Shown: positions 30,152-39,490, counted from the first letter of the stretch. The stretch is DNA of 64,000 nt from Provencibacterium sp. (GCA_022792175.1 JAAWAN010000020.1:124745-188744), one strand, 5' to 3'. Notes: generated from the sequence alone by a model not told the origin. Made by a program: numbers and translations.

Positions 30152-30952
30152 ATGAAGAAATACAGGTTTGGAGCGACTGCTTTTTTAGCGGCCTGCTATA
30201 CGGCAGCCATTGCCTGCATTCTTTCAACGCTGGGGCAGACGATGACCGTCAGCGGGCCGCTCTGCAGCAGCCCGGTCATGATTATCGATGCAGGACACGG
30301 CGGATTTGACGGAGGTGCAGAGGGAGCCGCGGGCACGGTGGAAAAGGACATCAACCTTCCTGTCGCCCTCAAGGTGCGGGATCTGCTGACCCTGTTCGGC
30401 TTTAAGGTTCTTATGACGAGGGAAAGCGATATCTCCACCTGCGATGAGGGACTTGAAAGAATTTCCGACAAAAAAACAAGTGATATCCTAAACCGCTTTT
30501 CAATGATTGAGGCACATCCGGAGGCAGTCTTTTTAAGCATTCACCAAAACAAGTTTCCGGATAGCTCACAGTTCGGCGCACAGATGTTTTATGGCCCAGA
30601 AAACGAAGAGAGCATGCTGCTGGCTGGCATTCTGCAGCAGAATTTCCGGGAGATGCTTCAGCCGGAAAACGAGCGGGAGATAAAGGAAGCGACGGACAGC
30701 GTTTATCTTCTGTATCATTCTCCCATTCCCAGCGTTTTGATTGAATGCGGCTTTCTTTCCAATCCCAGGGAGGAGGCACTGCTGAAAGATGAGCAGTATC
30801 AAAACCAGATAGCCTTTGCGATTGCTGCATCGGTTTTGCAATATATAGAGCAGAGATATGCCCCACAGCTGCAGTCGCTTACCTCCCCGCCGAACACCCA
30901 GGCCGCAGCTTATCTGCAAAAGCCGCATCTGCACGCCTACCGACTGCCCTGA
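30152..30952 (+). CDS. N-acetylmuramoyl-L-alanine amidase (Amidase_3, CwlD-like)
   Basis: IIDAGHGGFDGGA, EKDINL, LSIHQN, VLIECGFLSN; N-terminal signal/TM. Confidence 0.88.
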   Translation: MKKYRFGATAFLAACYTAAIACILSTLGQTMTVSGPLCSSPVMIIDAGHGGFDGGAEGAAGTVEKDINLPVALKVRDLLTLFGFKVLMTRESDISTCDEGLERISDKKTSDILNRFSMIEAHPEAVFLSIHQNKFPDSSQFGAQMFYGPENEESMLLAGILQQNFREMLQPENEREIKEATDSVYLLYHSPIPSVLIECGFLSNPREEALLKDEQYQNQIAFAIAASVLQYIEQRYAPQLQSLTSPPNTQAAAYLQKPHLHAYRLP

Positions 30953-31041
30953 CCGGTATTAAAGCAAAGAGAAATAGCCTTTCTCAAAACCGCACTGCAG
31001 ATAGCCGGGCTTTCGTTTATAAAAGCATAATAAGAAAGAGG

Positions 31042-32433
31042 ATGAAAATGGCTAAAATCAAGTCCACCTATGTCTGCAGCAGCTGCGGCTGTGTTTCTCC
31101 AAAATGGTATGGGAAATGCCCGGACTGCGGCGAATGGAACAGCATGCAGGAAACGCTGTCCGTTCCCGAGCCGGAGCCTGCCAAACGGCATCTTTCCCCG
31201 GTAAACGCTTCAATAGCGGCAGCCGAGGTGCTGTCGATTGATGAAATTGTTGCCGATGAAGCACTGCGCTATCATACCGGCATCGGCGAGCTGGACAGGG
31301 TACTGGGCGGCGGAATTGTTCAGGGATCGGTCACGCTGCTCAGCGGCGATCCGGGCATTGGGAAATCCACTCTGCTGCTGCAGATGTGCGCCCCCCTTTG
31401 CGAAGCGGGGTTGCGGGTATTATATGTATCCGGCGAGGAAAGTGCCCGGCAGCTCAAGCTGCGTGCCCAGCGGCTGGGCGTTCGGTCGGGCGGCCTGCTG
31501 ATTGCTTCTGCCACTCAGGCGCCTATCATTCTGTCCACCATTGAGAAGCATCAGCCGGATATCGTAATGATCGATTCCATCCAGACTATCTATATGCCCA
31601 CTCTCAATTCCTCCGCTGGTACCGTTTCTCAGATCAGAGAGTGCACACAGCTGCTGATTGCCTGTGCAAAGGGAAGGGAAATCCCTCTATTTTTGGTCGG
31701 ACATGTCAATAAGGATGGAGCGATTGCCGGCCCGAAGGTGATGGAGCACATGGTAGATACGGTGCTCTATTTTGAAGGGGAGCGCCATCTGGCCTTCCGT
31801 ATTCTGCGGGCCGTTAAAAACAGATTTGGTTCTACTAACGAGATCGGCGTTTTTCGGATGGCAGAGTCCGGCCTGGAGGAGGTGGGCAATCCCTCCTTTG
31901 AAATGATTGCCGGGCGGCCGCGGGATGTATCCGGCAGCTGTATTGCCTGTGTGATAGAAGGCTCCCGGCCGATTCTGGCCGAGGTACAAGCGCTGGTCTG
32001 TAAAACAAATTTCGGCACTCCGCGGCGGATGGCCACCGGCTTTGATTTTAACCGGACAGCACTGCTGCTGGCGGTTCTCGAAAAACGTTGCGGCTACTTT
32101 TTCGGCAATTTGGATGCCTATGTCAATGTAGCCGGAGGTCTGCGACTGGACGAGCCTGCCTCTGACCTGCCGGTTGCGCTGGCGCTGGTTTCCAACCTGA
32201 TTGATAAACCGGTCGCCTATGACCTGGCCGCCTTTGGGGAAATCGGACTGGCCGGAGAGCTGCGCAGCGTTTCCCATGCAGAGCTGCGCCTGAGCGAGGC
32301 CTACCGGTTGGGCTTCAGGCGGTTTCTGCTGCCCAAGGCGGCAGCTGGACAGCTCTCCAGGCTGCCGGAGGATGTCACCCTGATTGCCGCCGATTCGCTG
32401 CGGGCTGCCTTTGAGGCTGTCTTTACCGGCTGA
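31042..32433 (+). CDS. radA: DNA repair protein RadA/Sms
   Basis: CSSCG..CPDCG zinc finger, GDPGIGKST, KNRFG, Lon-like C-terminus. Confidence 0.97.
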   Translation: MKMAKIKSTYVCSSCGCVSPKWYGKCPDCGEWNSMQETLSVPEPEPAKRHLSPVNASIAAAEVLSIDEIVADEALRYHTGIGELDRVLGGGIVQGSVTLLSGDPGIGKSTLLLQMCAPLCEAGLRVLYVSGEESARQLKLRAQRLGVRSGGLLIASATQAPIILSTIEKHQPDIVMIDSIQTIYMPTLNSSAGTVSQIRECTQLLIACAKGREIPLFLVGHVNKDGAIAGPKVMEHMVDTVLYFEGERHLAFRILRAVKNRFGSTNEIGVFRMAESGLEEVGNPSFEMIAGRPRDVSGSCIACVIEGSRPILAEVQALVCKTNFGTPRRMATGFDFNRTALLLAVLEKRCGYFFGNLDAYVNVAGGLRLDEPASDLPVALALVSNLIDKPVAYDLAAFGEIGLAGELRSVSHAELRLSEAYRLGFRRFLLPKAAAGQLSRLPEDVTLIAADSLRAAFEAVFTG

Positions 32434-32564
32434 GAGGGGACAAAGTAGCTGCATTCTTCTCCAGATAACGCCGCGGGAGCCGCTGTTCCAAAAACGGTAC
32501 AGCACCCATCGCGCTGATGCATGCAACTCTTATTGCAGGATATCAAATTCATGATGATCACCAT
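32301..32564 (-). CDS. Small Cys-rich hypothetical protein overlapping the radA 3' end
   Basis: SD AAAGGA; MNLISCNKSCMHQRDGCC...ECSYF resembles small clostridial CxxxC..C..C proteins. Confidence 0.55.
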   Translation of the reverse strand: MVIIMNLISCNKSCMHQRDGCCTVFGTAAPAALSGEECSYFVPSQPVKTASKAARSESAAIRVTSSGSLESCPAAALGSRNRLKPNR

Positions 32565-32758
32565 TCCTTTTAGAAACGCCGGACGGCGTCTCTGCCTTTA
32601 GTGTAATTCCTAGGGAAGGGATTATACCCGGATTATTTTTCAGCCGCTTTCTTCCGGATAGGCGGTAAAAGAAAACAGAGAGGCTATCCTTTCCATCTGA
32701 TGGCCGTCCGTCTGCAATCGGCTAATTTTTTGAAAAGAGGGCAGAGAGGGGAGAAAGA

Positions 32759-33511
32759 ATGCTGCAGCCAGTTGATTTTCCCAATCTCCCGCAGGGAGAG
32801 GTAGCATTGGCCGCCGTCTCCGGAAGGGACAAGGAAATTCTGCAGACTCTTTGGAATCTGCAAATCGAACCGCTGCCGGTCAGCGAAAGCCTCCGGCTGG
32901 ACGGGCCCATTCGCTCTCATGCAGATATGCGTCTGCATTATCTGGGCCAGGGGGAAGTGGTTGTGGAGACGGGGGATGCCCTGCTGTTTTCCGCCTGCAT
33001 CCGCAGAGGGCTGAAGGCTATATATGCCGCCCACCCGCCGGAAAAACGCTATCCGCAGGATGTGGGACTAAACTGCTTTGCGCTGGGCCGTTATCTTATC
33101 GGACATCTCCAAGCGATGGACAGCGCCGTGCGCGGCAGCTACCTTTCCCGGGGATTCCAGCTGCTGGGAATCCCCCAGGGCTATGCCAAATGTTCTGCAG
33201 CCATTGTTTCAGCGAACGCGGTTATAACGGCCGATCCACCTTTGGCAGCAGTGCTGGAAAGGACAGGCTTCGACTGTCTGCGCATATCGCCCGGCCACAT
33301 ACTTTTAGAGGGCTATGCCTATGGCTTTCTGGGAGGTGCCTGCTTTTTATCCTCCCCAGACTCCCTCTGTTTTTTTGGGGACCTTGATACCCATCCAGAT
33401 GCAGAGGATATCCGTGCCTTCTGCCAAAGCCATGGTGTAGCGGTTCGATCGCTTCTGAAAGGAGCTCTGCGCGATATTGGCTCTGTTTTGCCGCTCTTCT
33501 GCAGAGTATAA
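32759..33511 (+). CDS. DUF6873-like pentein/GME-fold protein
   Basis: I.SHADM...LG, YPQDV.LNC, QGYAKCS, ITAD, I.LEGY.YGFLGG motifs. Confidence 0.65.
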   Translation: MLQPVDFPNLPQGEVALAAVSGRDKEILQTLWNLQIEPLPVSESLRLDGPIRSHADMRLHYLGQGEVVVETGDALLFSACIRRGLKAIYAAHPPEKRYPQDVGLNCFALGRYLIGHLQAMDSAVRGSYLSRGFQLLGIPQGYAKCSAAIVSANAVITADPPLAAVLERTGFDCLRISPGHILLEGYAYGFLGGACFLSSPDSLCFFGDLDTHPDAEDIRAFCQSHGVAVRSLLKGALRDIGSVLPLFCRV

Positions 33512-33576
33512 TGTTGAATTTTGTCGAATTTTAGGATATAATGGTTCCCATAAAAAAGATAAACGGGGATCAAAAG

Positions 33577-35034
33577 ATGAAAAAATGGAAAACCATCGGC
33601 TGGTTGGCAGTGATATCGGCAGCCATATTTTTCTGTCTGCAGGCGGGTGCTCTGGCGGATGAATCCGCTGCCTTTACAGGAAAAAATTCTTTTTCGCTTC
33701 AAAATGTAGTCTGGAAAGAGGAAAGCCCTGTCCCCGCTGCAAAGAAGGGCTACTATCAGCTGGGTGCTGGGGTCGGGCAGGGGAGCATCACCTTTTTCAA
33801 TGATGGTTATTCGCATCTGTCGGTAACCGGATATACCGAGTCTGCCTCCTTCACCTCCTGGCGCGGAAACCAGCCGGTTCGCGGATATACTTCTATCAAC
33901 CTCGGCTCTCTGGAGATTCTGCGGCTGCGCTATGATACCGGCCGCCATCTTTTGATGGCCTGCGATGGTCAGGAGGTTTTCTGTGTTTATCCTGACAGCA
34001 GCGCCGCCGATGGATCCGGCTACAGCTGCGCCTCCCTGTTCGGCATCCTTTCAGCGGATGCCTTTTCCCGTTTCCCATACTATGGAATCAGCCTGGAATT
34101 CTCGAAGGATGGCCGCCTGTTCGAACCGCTTCCTTCCGAGTATTTGCTGACGGCTCTGGAAGAAAGCGCAAAGCTTACCTATCAGGAAAAACACTCCGCA
34201 TCCGTTCCAAAGGATGCTGTCTGGCTGCGTATTTCGCTCAGCTATGCTAAAGAGCTGAAAAATAGTGAAGGAACGATTTTCGTCAACCATCAGGAATGTC
34301 CCATTAAAATTTCCGGTATCCGCTGCACACCTTCCCATGCCGAAGGCCCCTTCGTTTCCTCCTCTCAGCCAATCAGCTCTTCTTCCGGTAATGCGGACTC
34401 CAGCTCTTCCTTGCCGCCTGTTTCCAGTTCATCCGTCCCAGATATTTCCTCGTCCGTATCTTCTGGGGAAAACGATGTAACGTATGTGCCTTCCGAAGAA
34501 GAAAATGAAGGCAATAAAGCGGAAAACACCTCTTCGTCCAGCAAACCTAGCGTTTATCTGGATATCACCTCCTCCAAAACTTCGGGAGGGGAGAGCGACT
34601 CCTTTGATTCCTCCAAAAAGCAGCACTCCTTCGGAAAAGTGGAGAGGGAGCCTATACAGGATGCCCGGGAAAATGCATTTACTGCGGCTCCCTTCTCCGG
34701 GCCGTCTGCGGACGACAGTATGCTGGAGGACTCCTTGGAGGGTTCTTTAGAAGGAAAGGAGGCATCGGCTGCAGAAGAGGGGCTTTTAAAAGCAGAACTG
34801 TCCCCCTGCTCTGCACAGAAACCGGAAAGCAAAGCAGAAAGTCTGGCGGCAGAAGAAGCTATGGATAAAACCATATCATCTGATCTCTCCCCAGCAGGGC
34901 CCGAAAACCTGCAGGAGCAGGCGGAGAGCAGAGAAACTTCAGGTTTTCTGCTGCTGTATCTGGCCGGAGTCCTTTTTGCAGGGGCTTTCTGGGCCGGCCG
35001 GATCAGTACTCGATCTCATAAATTTAAAAAGTGA
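33577..35034 (+). CDS. Secreted, C-terminally anchored Ser-rich protein of unknown function
   Basis: Signal peptide, Ser/Glu-rich linker, C-terminal TM plus basic tail; promoter TTGAAT-17-TATAAT at 33514-33542. Confidence 0.75.
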   Translation: MKKWKTIGWLAVISAAIFFCLQAGALADESAAFTGKNSFSLQNVVWKEESPVPAAKKGYYQLGAGVGQGSITFFNDGYSHLSVTGYTESASFTSWRGNQPVRGYTSINLGSLEILRLRYDTGRHLLMACDGQEVFCVYPDSSAADGSGYSCASLFGILSADAFSRFPYYGISLEFSKDGRLFEPLPSEYLLTALEESAKLTYQEKHSASVPKDAVWLRISLSYAKELKNSEGTIFVNHQECPIKISGIRCTPSHAEGPFVSSSQPISSSSGNADSSSSLPPVSSSSVPDISSSVSSGENDVTYVPSEEENEGNKAENTSSSSKPSVYLDITSSKTSGGESDSFDSSKKQHSFGKVEREPIQDARENAFTAAPFSGPSADDSMLEDSLEGSLEGKEASAAEEGLLKAELSPCSAQKPESKAESLAAEEAMDKTISSDLSPAGPENLQEQAESRETSGFLLLYLAGVLFAGAFWAGRISTRSHKFKK

Positions 35035-35182
35035 CAGCTATTCTATTCGATTATCTGGTATAAACGGATAATTCCCCCAACAGAACTTGCAATTGCGGCG
35101 GATTTATTATATAGTTACAAAGGAGATATCTAAATTTATTAACCGGCGGTTGGCTATTTTGACGGCCGATGGGGGTTTCATC

Positions 35183-37009
35183 GTGACAGATAAAACGAAT
35201 TTATGTATGGGCTGCATGATGCTCCTGGATTCGAAAGGACCATGCAGCTATTGTGGATATAACGACTCTGAACCATATAATGTCAATTATCTGCCGCCGC
35301 ATACCCAGCTGCAGCAGCGGTATATTGTCGGCAGGCTGCTTTCTGAAAATGGCGAGGGCGCCTGTTATATCGGCTATGATTTGGAGGAGGATTATCGTGT
35401 TATCCTCCGGGAATTTGCTCCGCTGAAGCTGGCCGCACGCAACCATGCCACTCTGGAGCTGATGCCCATTCGGGAAAAAGAGACGGCCTTTAAAAACCTG
35501 CAGGCGGATTTTGAAGACCTTTGCTCCATGCTGCGGGGAATGCAGAACATCCGCGGTATTACGCAGGTGTTGGATATTTTTCATGAAAACGGTACGGTCT
35601 ATGCCGCTTTCCGCTATATGAACACCCTTTCACTGGGGACGCTCATCTCCCGTTGCGGCGGCGAAATTCCCTGGACGAAGTGCAAAAAGATGTATCTGCA
35701 GCTGCTTAATACCGCTTCGCAGATACATAAAAGAGGGCTGATTCATGCCGGGATCAGCCCGGAAACCATTTTGGTGGACGAAAAGGGAAATGCCTATTTC
35801 AGTCATTTTTCGGTGAATGTACTTCGCTATGCGAACAGCGAAATTGAAAGCGAGCTTTTTGATGGATACTGTGCCCCCGAGCAGTATGAAGCAAGCGCCT
35901 CCTTCGGGGAATGGACGGATATTTATGCGCTCAGTGCCGTTGTTTACCGGATGATTACCGGAACCCAGCCGCCGGATGCGCCCAGCCGCAGGGAGCAGGA
36001 TAATCTTCTTGCCGCCTGTGAGTTGGATTCTTCCATTCCGAAGAATATTTCTGATGCCATTCATGCCGGGCTGGCCCTCTCGATTGATGAGCGCACACCG
36101 ACTGCAGATGCGCTGGCTGCGCAGCTGCTGGACTGCATACAGACCAATACCGCTATCTACCAGGGAGAAAATTTCACACAGGATATTCATGCTGCGCTGG
36201 ATGCATCGGAAGAAACAGAAAAAGAAGAGAATCCGCCTATGAGCAGGCGGCAGCAGCGCAAACAGGAAAAGCTGGAAAAGCGCGCACTCAAGCGCAAAAA
36301 AAAGCGTCGTGCGCTTCGCAGCTTTTTGATCGCTCTGGTGACCATCCTCCTGACCTCGATGGGGCTGGGCGGCTTTATCATGTTCTATCTCTCCCGAAAT
36401 TATGATGATATTCAAAACAGCGTATCGCATTTCGTTTCAGTAGGGGAGAGGAGCTCCTCAAGCGCTTCTGGCTCTTCCTCTGAGCCGACCATTGTTCCGG
36501 ATTTTATCGGACAGCTTGCCGAAAAAATTACCTCCAACAAGGATTACAGCGCCAGCTTTGATCTTTCCGTTGTCTATCAATATAACGATGAACATCCCAC
36601 TGCAGGCGAGATATTCGATCAATCGCCAAAGGAGGGAACACGCATGTCCAACCGCGGCACGGTTATTCTCTATGTCAGCAAGGGGCCCGAAACGACCAGG
36701 CTGCCCAATCTTGCAGGAAGCACGGTAGAGCTGGCCATTCAAACGCTGGAAGGGATGGAGCTTCAGTATCAGGTTATCTATGTTATCAATGACAGCTATG
36801 CAGATGGCCTGGTGGCTTATACTTCTCCGGCAGCGGACAGCATGGTCTCCAAAAATGATGAAATTCTGATATTTACTAAAAATACCGAAGCTGCTTCCTC
36901 AGAGGCCTCTGGGGATTCTTCTGAGAGCTCATCCTCCAGCTCGGAGGAAAGCCGCCCCAAAGCGCGCAAAGTGCTTCGCGATGAAAGTAGCTCAAAAAAC
37001 GACTGGTAA
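35183..37009 (+). CDS. PASTA-domain Ser/Thr kinase-like protein (predicted pseudokinase)
   Basis: N-terminal CMGC..CSYCG, kinase-like fold with APEQY, TM helix, two PASTA-like repeats (VPDFIG, LPNLAG); GTG start. Confidence 0.85.
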   Translation: MTDKTNLCMGCMMLLDSKGPCSYCGYNDSEPYNVNYLPPHTQLQQRYIVGRLLSENGEGACYIGYDLEEDYRVILREFAPLKLAARNHATLELMPIREKETAFKNLQADFEDLCSMLRGMQNIRGITQVLDIFHENGTVYAAFRYMNTLSLGTLISRCGGEIPWTKCKKMYLQLLNTASQIHKRGLIHAGISPETILVDEKGNAYFSHFSVNVLRYANSEIESELFDGYCAPEQYEASASFGEWTDIYALSAVVYRMITGTQPPDAPSRREQDNLLAACELDSSIPKNISDAIHAGLALSIDERTPTADALAAQLLDCIQTNTAIYQGENFTQDIHAALDASEETEKEENPPMSRRQQRKQEKLEKRALKRKKKRRALRSFLIALVTILLTSMGLGGFIMFYLSRNYDDIQNSVSHFVSVGERSSSSASGSSSEPTIVPDFIGQLAEKITSNKDYSASFDLSVVYQYNDEHPTAGEIFDQSPKEGTRMSNRGTVILYVSKGPETTRLPNLAGSTVELAIQTLEGMELQYQVIYVINDSYADGLVAYTSPAADSMVSKNDEILIFTKNTEAASSEASGDSSESSSSSSEESRPKARKVLRDESSSKNDW

Positions 37010-37020
37010 AATATAGTAAA

Positions 37021-37070
37021 ATAAAGAGAGTGCAGCGAAACCGTCTCTTTCGTTGCACTCTCTTTATTTT
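37021..37070. terminator. Bidirectional terminator between the convergent kinase and GNAT genes
   Basis: ATAAAGAGAGTGCAGCGAAA / TTTCGTTGCACTCTCTTTAT inverted repeat. Confidence 0.8.
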
Positions 37071-37115
37071 CTTGAAAAAACAAGGCTATGGGCAAAAAGG
37101 AGACAAATAAAAAAC

Positions 37116-37700
37116 TTACAGGAAACGGTCCTTAATCTCCTCAAACGGGCGCACGGGCGGCGGCTGCGCCAGGTGGGCACCTATCTGCTTTTCCATCCAA
37201 ACCATATTGTACCAGCGTCCGAATTTATAGCCGCACTGATGAAATTCCCCCACCAAGCGAAAGCCCATCTGCCGGTGAAAGTCTATGCTGTCCCGGGTGA
37301 GATAAGGATCCACCTGCTGCGGACAGGCAATGCAGGCATTGAGGTTAACAATATGTTGAAAAGCCAGTATTTCTTCCAGCTTCAGATAAAGCGCCCTTCC
37401 AATTCCCCTTCGCTTGTGCTCCCCAGCAATATAGAGGCTGGTCTCTACCGCCCAGCGGTAAGCTGCCCGCTCATGAAAGGATCCGGCATAGGCATAGCCC
37501 ACAATCTCCCCATCCAGCTCGGCCGTCAGATAGGGGTAGCTTTTCAGCGTTTTCTCTATCCTGTCCGCAAATTCCTGCAGGGAAGGGATCTTATATTCAA
37601 AGGTAATTGCCGTTTGCTTCACATAGGGTGCATAAATTTTCAGCAGCTCTGGCGCATCCCGGGAATCAGCCACCCGAATATTTAAACCCGTTTTCTCCAT
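37116..37700 (-). CDS. GNAT N-acetyltransferase (phosphinothricin acetyltransferase-like)
   Basis: IYAPYV..TAITFE, VGYAYA, YRWAVE.S.Y, GIGRALY, GYKFGRWY. Confidence 0.88.
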   Translation of the reverse strand: MEKTGLNIRVADSRDAPELLKIYAPYVKQTAITFEYKIPSLQEFADRIEKTLKSYPYLTAELDGEIVGYAYAGSFHERAAYRWAVETSLYIAGEHKRRGIGRALYLKLEEILAFQHIVNLNACIACPQQVDPYLTRDSIDFHRQMGFRLVGEFHQCGYKFGRWYNMVWMEKQIGAHLAQPPPVRPFEEIKDRFL

Positions 37701-37727
37701 CTGTCCATCCGGCCCTCCCATAACCTG

Positions 37728-38393
37728 TTATTCGACGCTGTCAGAAGCGGCCTGCAGCGCCTGCCAGTGATCGCAGTAATCTTTGAGAACGCATTCGGCG
37801 CAACGGGGGCGGTTGGCAATGCAGACGGCGCGCCCATGGATGACCAGCCGATGGCAGAATGCCCCTGAGCGATCGAGAGGCAGAATCTCTCGCAGCTGCA
37901 TTTCTACCTTCAGTGGGTCCTTGCCCTTCGAAAGCCCCAACAGGTTGGTAATGCGGATGCAGTGGGTATCGCAAACTACCGAAGGCTTTCCAAAAATATC
38001 ACCGACAATAAGGTTGGCCGTTTTTCGCCCTACACCCGGCAGCCGGGTCAGCTCTTCAATGGTATCCGGCAGCTGATAGTGGTAAACATCGCGCAGCATA
38101 ATGGCCATGTTTTTTAAGTCGCGCGCCTTCATCTTATAAAAGCCGCAGGGACGCACCAGCTCTTCCAGCTCATTGAGGTCTGCTTCTGCAAAAGCATCGA
38201 TAGAAGGGTAGCGGCTAAACAGCTCCTTGGTAACAATGTTTACCCGCGCATCGGTACACTGCGCGGATAAGCGGGTAGACATCAGCAACTCATGCGGCTT
38301 TTCCTGATTATGCTCCAATGAACAATAGGCGGTGGGATAAGCTTCTTCCAGAAGCTGAACGATTTTTTCTGCTTTTTCCTGCAGGCTAGTCAT
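37728..38393 (-). CDS. nth: Endonuclease III
   Basis: LSAQCTD..VN, LPGVGRKTAN HhH, DTHCIR, C-terminal Cx6Cx2Cx5C 4Fe-4S motif. Confidence 0.96.
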   Translation of the reverse strand: MTSLQEKAEKIVQLLEEAYPTAYCSLEHNQEKPHELLMSTRLSAQCTDARVNIVTKELFSRYPSIDAFAEADLNELEELVRPCGFYKMKARDLKNMAIMLRDVYHYQLPDTIEELTRLPGVGRKTANLIVGDIFGKPSVVCDTHCIRITNLLGLSKGKDPLKVEMQLREILPLDRSGAFCHRLVIHGRAVCIANRPRCAECVLKDYCDHWQALQAASDSVE

Positions 38394-39448
38394 GAGTCAG
38401 CACCCGCTTTCCTGTTTTTCTTTTCAGCAATTTTTTCCAGATTATCGTGTACCGTTTCCTTTTGGCTTCTTTCAACCTCATTCGCCAACGGAGAAAGTGA
38501 TGAAGCGCGTTCCAGCTGCTTATCTGAAACATGGGTATAAATTTCTGTTGTAGAAAGATTGGCATGTCCTAAAATTTCCTTGAGTACCCGGATATCTACG
38601 CCGCCGTGCTGATACATCAGTGTGGCCGCCGTATGCCGGAGCTTGTGCGGCGAATAGCCCCGGCCGTCCAGATTGGAGCTGGAAAGCCCGCTTTCTACAA
38701 TCTGCTCCACACGGCGAGGGGAAAGCCGCTGCCCCTGCCCGGAAACAAAAAGGGCGTTGGGGTCCTTAGCGGAGGGCTTGCGAACCTTTTTATAGCGCTC
38801 AATGGCAGACAGACAGGCATCGTTCAGATAAACAATGCGCTCCTTATTTCCTTTACCCAAAAGGCGCAGCGTATTTTCGCGGATATCCTGCAGATTGATA
38901 CCGCACAGCTCAGAAAGGCGCATTCCGCAGTTTAAAAAGAGGGTTAAAATACAGTAATCCCGCTCATAATTTTTACCCTGCGGCAGATTTCGCAGCAGTT
39001 CCAGGCTCTCATCCAGTGAGAGAAAGCGCGGAACAGCGCGTTTAATGCTCGGCATTTCCAACAGCTCGAGCGGATTTTCCTCCAGAAGCTGCGTTTTGGA
39101 TACCAGATATTTATAAAAGGAACGCAGCGCCGAAACCTTGCGAGCCCGTACGCTGGCAATGTTGCCGCGTTCAGAGAGCGTATAGTTCAAAAAAGCATAA
39201 ATATCTGAGAGAGTCACCGAACAGATCACTTCATCTGGCAGGTCGGTGATCGGCTGTTCCTCCAGCGGAATATCTGAGTGCGCATGGCATACCTTGTGGT
39301 ATTTTAGATAACGCAGATACAGCCGCAAATCAACATGATAGGCTTCTACCGTTCGTGCAGACCGTCCGCGGATGGTCAACATATAATGTAGAAAGTCCTG
39401 CAGCGTCTGCGGGCAGTCTGAAAAATCGCTCTGTATGTATGCCGTAAT
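38390..39448 (-). CDS. xerC: Tyrosine recombinase, XerC/XerS-like
   Basis: Intact GMRLSE, GKGNKER, HKLRH, LGH, IYTH. The reading frame runs from the 39382 ATG back to an in-frame TGA at 39449-39451; true start uncertain (ATT 39448?). Confidence 0.88.
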   Translation of the reverse strand: MTAYIQSDFSDCPQTLQDFLHYMLTIRGRSARTVEAYHVDLRLYLRYLKYHKVCHAHSDIPLEEQPITDLPDEVICSVTLSDIYAFLNYTLSERGNIASVRARKVSALRSFYKYLVSKTQLLEENPLELLEMPSIKRAVPRFLSLDESLELLRNLPQGKNYERDYCILTLFLNCGMRLSELCGINLQDIRENTLRLLGKGNKERIVYLNDACLSAIERYKKVRKPSAKDPNALFVSGQGQRLSPRRVEQIVESGLSSSNLDGRGYSPHKLRHTAATLMYQHGGVDIRVLKEILGHANLSTTEIYTHVSDKQLERASSLSPLANEVERSQKETVHDNLEKIAEKKNRKAGADS

Positions 39449-39460
39449 TCATCCCCCCTA

Positions 39461-39490
39461 AATTTCGCTAAATTTTTATTTAGCGAAATT
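39461..39490. other. Palindrome AATTTCGCTAAA-TTTTTA-TTTAGCGAAATT; candidate dif-like recombination site or operator
   Basis: 12-6-12 (13-4-13) perfect inverted repeat directly upstream of the xer SD. Confidence 0.5.
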
